Shown: piece after piece, positions 61,507 to 64,000 of the stretch
Layout of the letters: each line of letters starts with the position of its first letter
Position numbering within the stretch: the first letter of the stretch is position 1
Origin: Bdellovibrionales bacterium
GTDB taxonomy: Bacteria > Bdellovibrionota > Bdellovibrionia > Bdellovibrionales > UBA1609
Direction: 5' to 3'
Assembly (NCBI GenBank): GCA_965204055.1
Contig: OZ241967.1
Span: 834,144 to 898,143, forward strand
DNA length: 64,000 nt
Program-made: the position numbers and the translations under genes
Notes under the pieces: generated by a model
Databases searched by the model: none
What the model was told of the DNA's origin: nothing
The model's input: the letters and a program-made list of their open reading frames with translations, nothing else

Positions 61507-62844
61507 TTATTGTTGAAAAGAGTAAATACAGTCTAATTTTAACATTCTGCTTAGCTCATCTAAAGCGGTCCTGCTTTCTGATATTAAAAGAGGATCTAAA
61601 AGATCATCGGCCTTAAGATGATCGCGATAGTGCTTTTTAATCCATGCTTTAATTTGCTCATATAAATTTAGGCTTAAGAAAACCCCTTTATTTGTAGCTT
61701 TTTCTTCTTCCGGGCGGAGTACTACTCTTAGCCTCAGACAGGCCGGTCCCCCCCCGTTTTGCATACTTTGTCGAATAGGAATAAAACACACCTTTTTAAT
61801 TACAGTGGTTTTGGTAAGAGAATCTAAATACTCTTTAACGATAGGGTTTTTTTCGCATTCCCTGGGGGCTAACAGCATCCATTGGTTTTTTCCCTTGGGT
61901 AACAGCTGGGAGTTAAATAAATAAGAAGATACAGACTCCTTTAAGGAGATTTCTTTATTTTGAACAGAAATTTCTATTAAAGGCGTGGGAGAGAGGGCTT
62001 GTTTTATTTCTTTTAAAACTTTTTTTGTATTAGTAAATGCCAGCTCATGGTAAAAAATAAGGTTTTGATCAGCGACACAAATCACATCATTATGAAAGAC
62101 CCCCGTGTCAATAGCAGAGGGATTTTGTTCAGCCATTATGGTTTTTTGTGGCTTAAGCTGGTGTCGGAGGGCAATTATTTCTGAAGCCAATCGGCTTTGT
62201 CTACTGTAAAATTTTTTGGTGTTGTGGGTGGTGGAAAAACCACTATGGCCATAGACAAATACTTCTACCCCTCTTGAACCATAATTTAGGCCAAGGCGAT
62301 TGTGGTTGGCTGATCCTTCATCCGACAAAGCAGGGGAAGAGGGAAGGGGGGGATGATGAGTAAAATAAGCAGGATTGGGAAAGATTTTTTTTAAAATTCG
62401 GTGGGTTTGTTCTGCCTCCAAAGCGCGATGGAGAAAAGACTGTAAATTAGCAGGGGTAAAGTGAACTTTATTATCTTTTGTGTCTGCACTGGGAGAAACA
62501 GTGGCACTGTTGGCGGTCCACATAGCAGAGGCAGAATAACAGCTGGCCAGTAAAACAGGGGAGGTTTTTCCAACAGATTGCACAAGGTCTTTGTCTGAAC
62601 CAGTAAAGCCTAATTTTCTTAAAAAGTTTAAGTTTGGTCTTTCTTGAGGGGGTAAAAGAGCTTGTTTATAGCCTTTTTCCATTAGGAATTTCATTTTTTC
62701 TAAACCTTCTAAGCCGGCTTTTTTAGGGTAGGATATTTTATCTTTGTGCTTCATAGAGGCCCTGTTGCCAATAGAAAGCCCTGCATAGTTATGGGTAGGG
62801 CCTATTAGTCCGTCAAAATTATATTCTTGTGTTTGAAATGTCAT
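61507..62844 (-). CDS. astB: N-succinylarginine dihydrolase
   Basis: 445 aa with FDGLIGPTHNYAGLSIGNRAS, FHNDVI and NGGGPACLRLRVV (catalytic Cys context). Confidence 0.9.
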   Translation of the reverse strand: MTFQTQEYNFDGLIGPTHNYAGLSIGNRASMKHKDKISYPKKAGLEGLEKMKFLMEKGYKQALLPPQERPNLNFLRKLGFTGSDKDLVQSVGKTSPVLLASCYSASAMWTANSATVSPSADTKDNKVHFTPANLQSFLHRALEAEQTHRILKKIFPNPAYFTHHPPLPSSPALSDEGSANHNRLGLNYGSRGVEVFVYGHSGFSTTHNTKKFYSRQSRLASEIIALRHQLKPQKTIMAEQNPSAIDTGVFHNDVICVADQNLIFYHELAFTNTKKVLKEIKQALSPTPLIEISVQNKEISLKESVSSYLFNSQLLPKGKNQWMLLAPRECEKNPIVKEYLDSLTKTTVIKKVCFIPIRQSMQNGGGPACLRLRVVLRPEEEKATNKGVFLSLNLYEQIKAWIKKHYRDHLKADDLLDPLLISESRTALDELSRMLKLDCIYSFQQ

Positions 62845-62884
62845 AATAGATCTATTGCATTTTAGATATTGTGGTATAAATACA

Positions 62885-64000
62885 TTAACGGGTTCTAAGT
62901 TGAAAAATCATATTAACATATTGGCGAGAATAAAAGCGGTATCTCAAAACATTTAATGTATTGATTCTGTTTTTAGAAAGCCGTCTTTGCACATCCCGTG
63001 CGGATTGCACCTGCCACCCATTGACCTTTAGGATAATATCTTTTTTTCTGAATCCAGCAAAACCAGCCGGAGAGCCTGGTTTTACTTCTGTTACTACAGG
63101 ATGATTGCGGTTTAAAGGGGGTAACCCCAGAGACTGCATAACCTCTTTAGTTCCCGTGACCATTACCAGACCTAGGTTAAAAGGAGCTTTCTTTTTGTGG
63201 CCAGGAGAGGGAGAGGATTGCATATTTTTTGCCAATATTTCTTTTCTTTCCGCGACAGTGATATCTATTTGCATAGTGTTTCCAGCTCTCTTAATTTTCA
63301 TTGGGACAGTTTGATTTACAGGGGTAGAAAACACAGCTTTAAAAAGATCTCTATAGGTTTTAATTTTTTTTTCGTTAAAAGAGGTAATAATATCTTGTGG
63401 TTTTATGCCCGCTTTTTCTGCTGGAGAGTTTGGTATAACTTCTAAAATAAGAGCTCCAGCTTGTGTTTTTTCTGGATTTTGAGCCATCTGCACACCAATA
63501 AAACCTCCTCTTACTCGCCCATACTTTTCTAAATCCTTTAATACCACTTTAACATTGTCAATAGGAATGGCAAAGCTAATTCCCTGTGTGCGCATAGCTG
63601 TATTAACGCCAATGACTTCTCCTCTTGTGTTCACTAAAGGTCCGCCGGAGTTACCAGGATTGATAATAGCATCTGTTTGCAAAAAAGGAAATAAGTTAAG
63701 CTCATCAATTTCACGATTGATAGCGGAGATAATCCCTTTTGTCATGGTGTGTCCGTGTCCATAAGGATTTCCAAAAGCAGACACCCATTCTCCTACTTGC
63801 AACTCACTGCTATTACCTAAGTGGGCTGTAGGTAAGGGCTTATCGGCCTTAATTTTTATAATGGCAATATCTGTGTGCTCATCTTTCCCTATAACTTTAG
63901 CTGTATATAGCTTGGGATTGTCCTTCAGCTGAACCTGAATGGTGTCGGCCTTATTGATAACATGGGTGTTAGTGAGAATTAAGCCACTGGAGCGAATAAT
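62885..64000 (-). CDS. htrA: HtrA/DegP-family serine protease with two PDZ domains (5' end beyond the window)
   Basis: The frame is open to the window edge. It translates ...LTNTHVI...EHTDIAIIKI...GNSGGPL (His/Asp/Ser triad), followed by two PDZ-like segments. Confidence 0.9.
   Translation of the reverse strand: MIRSSGLILTNTHVINKADTIQVQLKDNPKLYTAKVIGKDEHTDIAIIKIKADKPLPTAHLGNSSELQVGEWVSAFGNPYGHGHTMTKGIISAINREIDELNLFPFLQTDAIINPGNSGGPLVNTRGEVIGVNTAMRTQGISFAIPIDNVKVVLKDLEKYGRVRGGFIGVQMAQNPEKTQAGALILEVIPNSPAEKAGIKPQDIITSFNEKKIKTYRDLFKAVFSTPVNQTVPMKIKRAGNTMQIDITVAERKEILAKNMQSSPSPGHKKKAPFNLGLVMVTGTKEVMQSLGLPPLNRNHPVVTEVKPGSPAGFAGFRKKDIILKVNGWQVQSARDVQRRLSKNRINTLNVLRYRFYSRQYVNMIFQLRTR

Overview
This is a visibly AT-rich chromosomal segment from a Gram-negative-type bacterium. 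Supporting signs are signal peptides and possible lipoboxes, an OMP-style C-terminal Phe, and HtrA/DegP. I cannot name the organism from sequence alone. The backbone is housekeeping: bioB-bioF-bioD, rbfA, ahcY, comM/yifB, fabH, eno, purS-purQ, an HD phosphohydrolase, glmS, a Glt-type symporter, gap-pgk, lipB, dnaE, an FAD oxidase, spoVG, astB, htrA (5' end off-window) and one tRNA-Gln(UUG). Many secreted, Cys-rich or coiled-coil hypothetical proteins are interspersed. There are two restriction-modification loci. The type III mod-res pair (5248-9635) looks intact. The type I locus (49363-57278) has all three core genes gutted: hsdM has lost its catalytic core, hsdS is half-size, and hsdR is broken by an IS200/IS605 element, an IS1634-like element and a MITE. 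Its embedded passenger genes remain open: rhuM, a Fic protein, and a Panacea-like module fused to hsdS. The accessory signal is dominated by repeats. First, a modular MITE/REP family has at least 7 copies or fragments in the window. Second, short exact tandem duplications are unusually dense, hitting gene starts, gene ends and coding interiors; one is an 8-nt duplication that splits pgk. Third, a perfect 179-bp tandem array reiterates the 3' end of tRNA-Gln. No rRNA, CRISPR array, reverse transcriptase or integrase gene is visible. All functional calls rest on motif recognition by eye; no database search was run.
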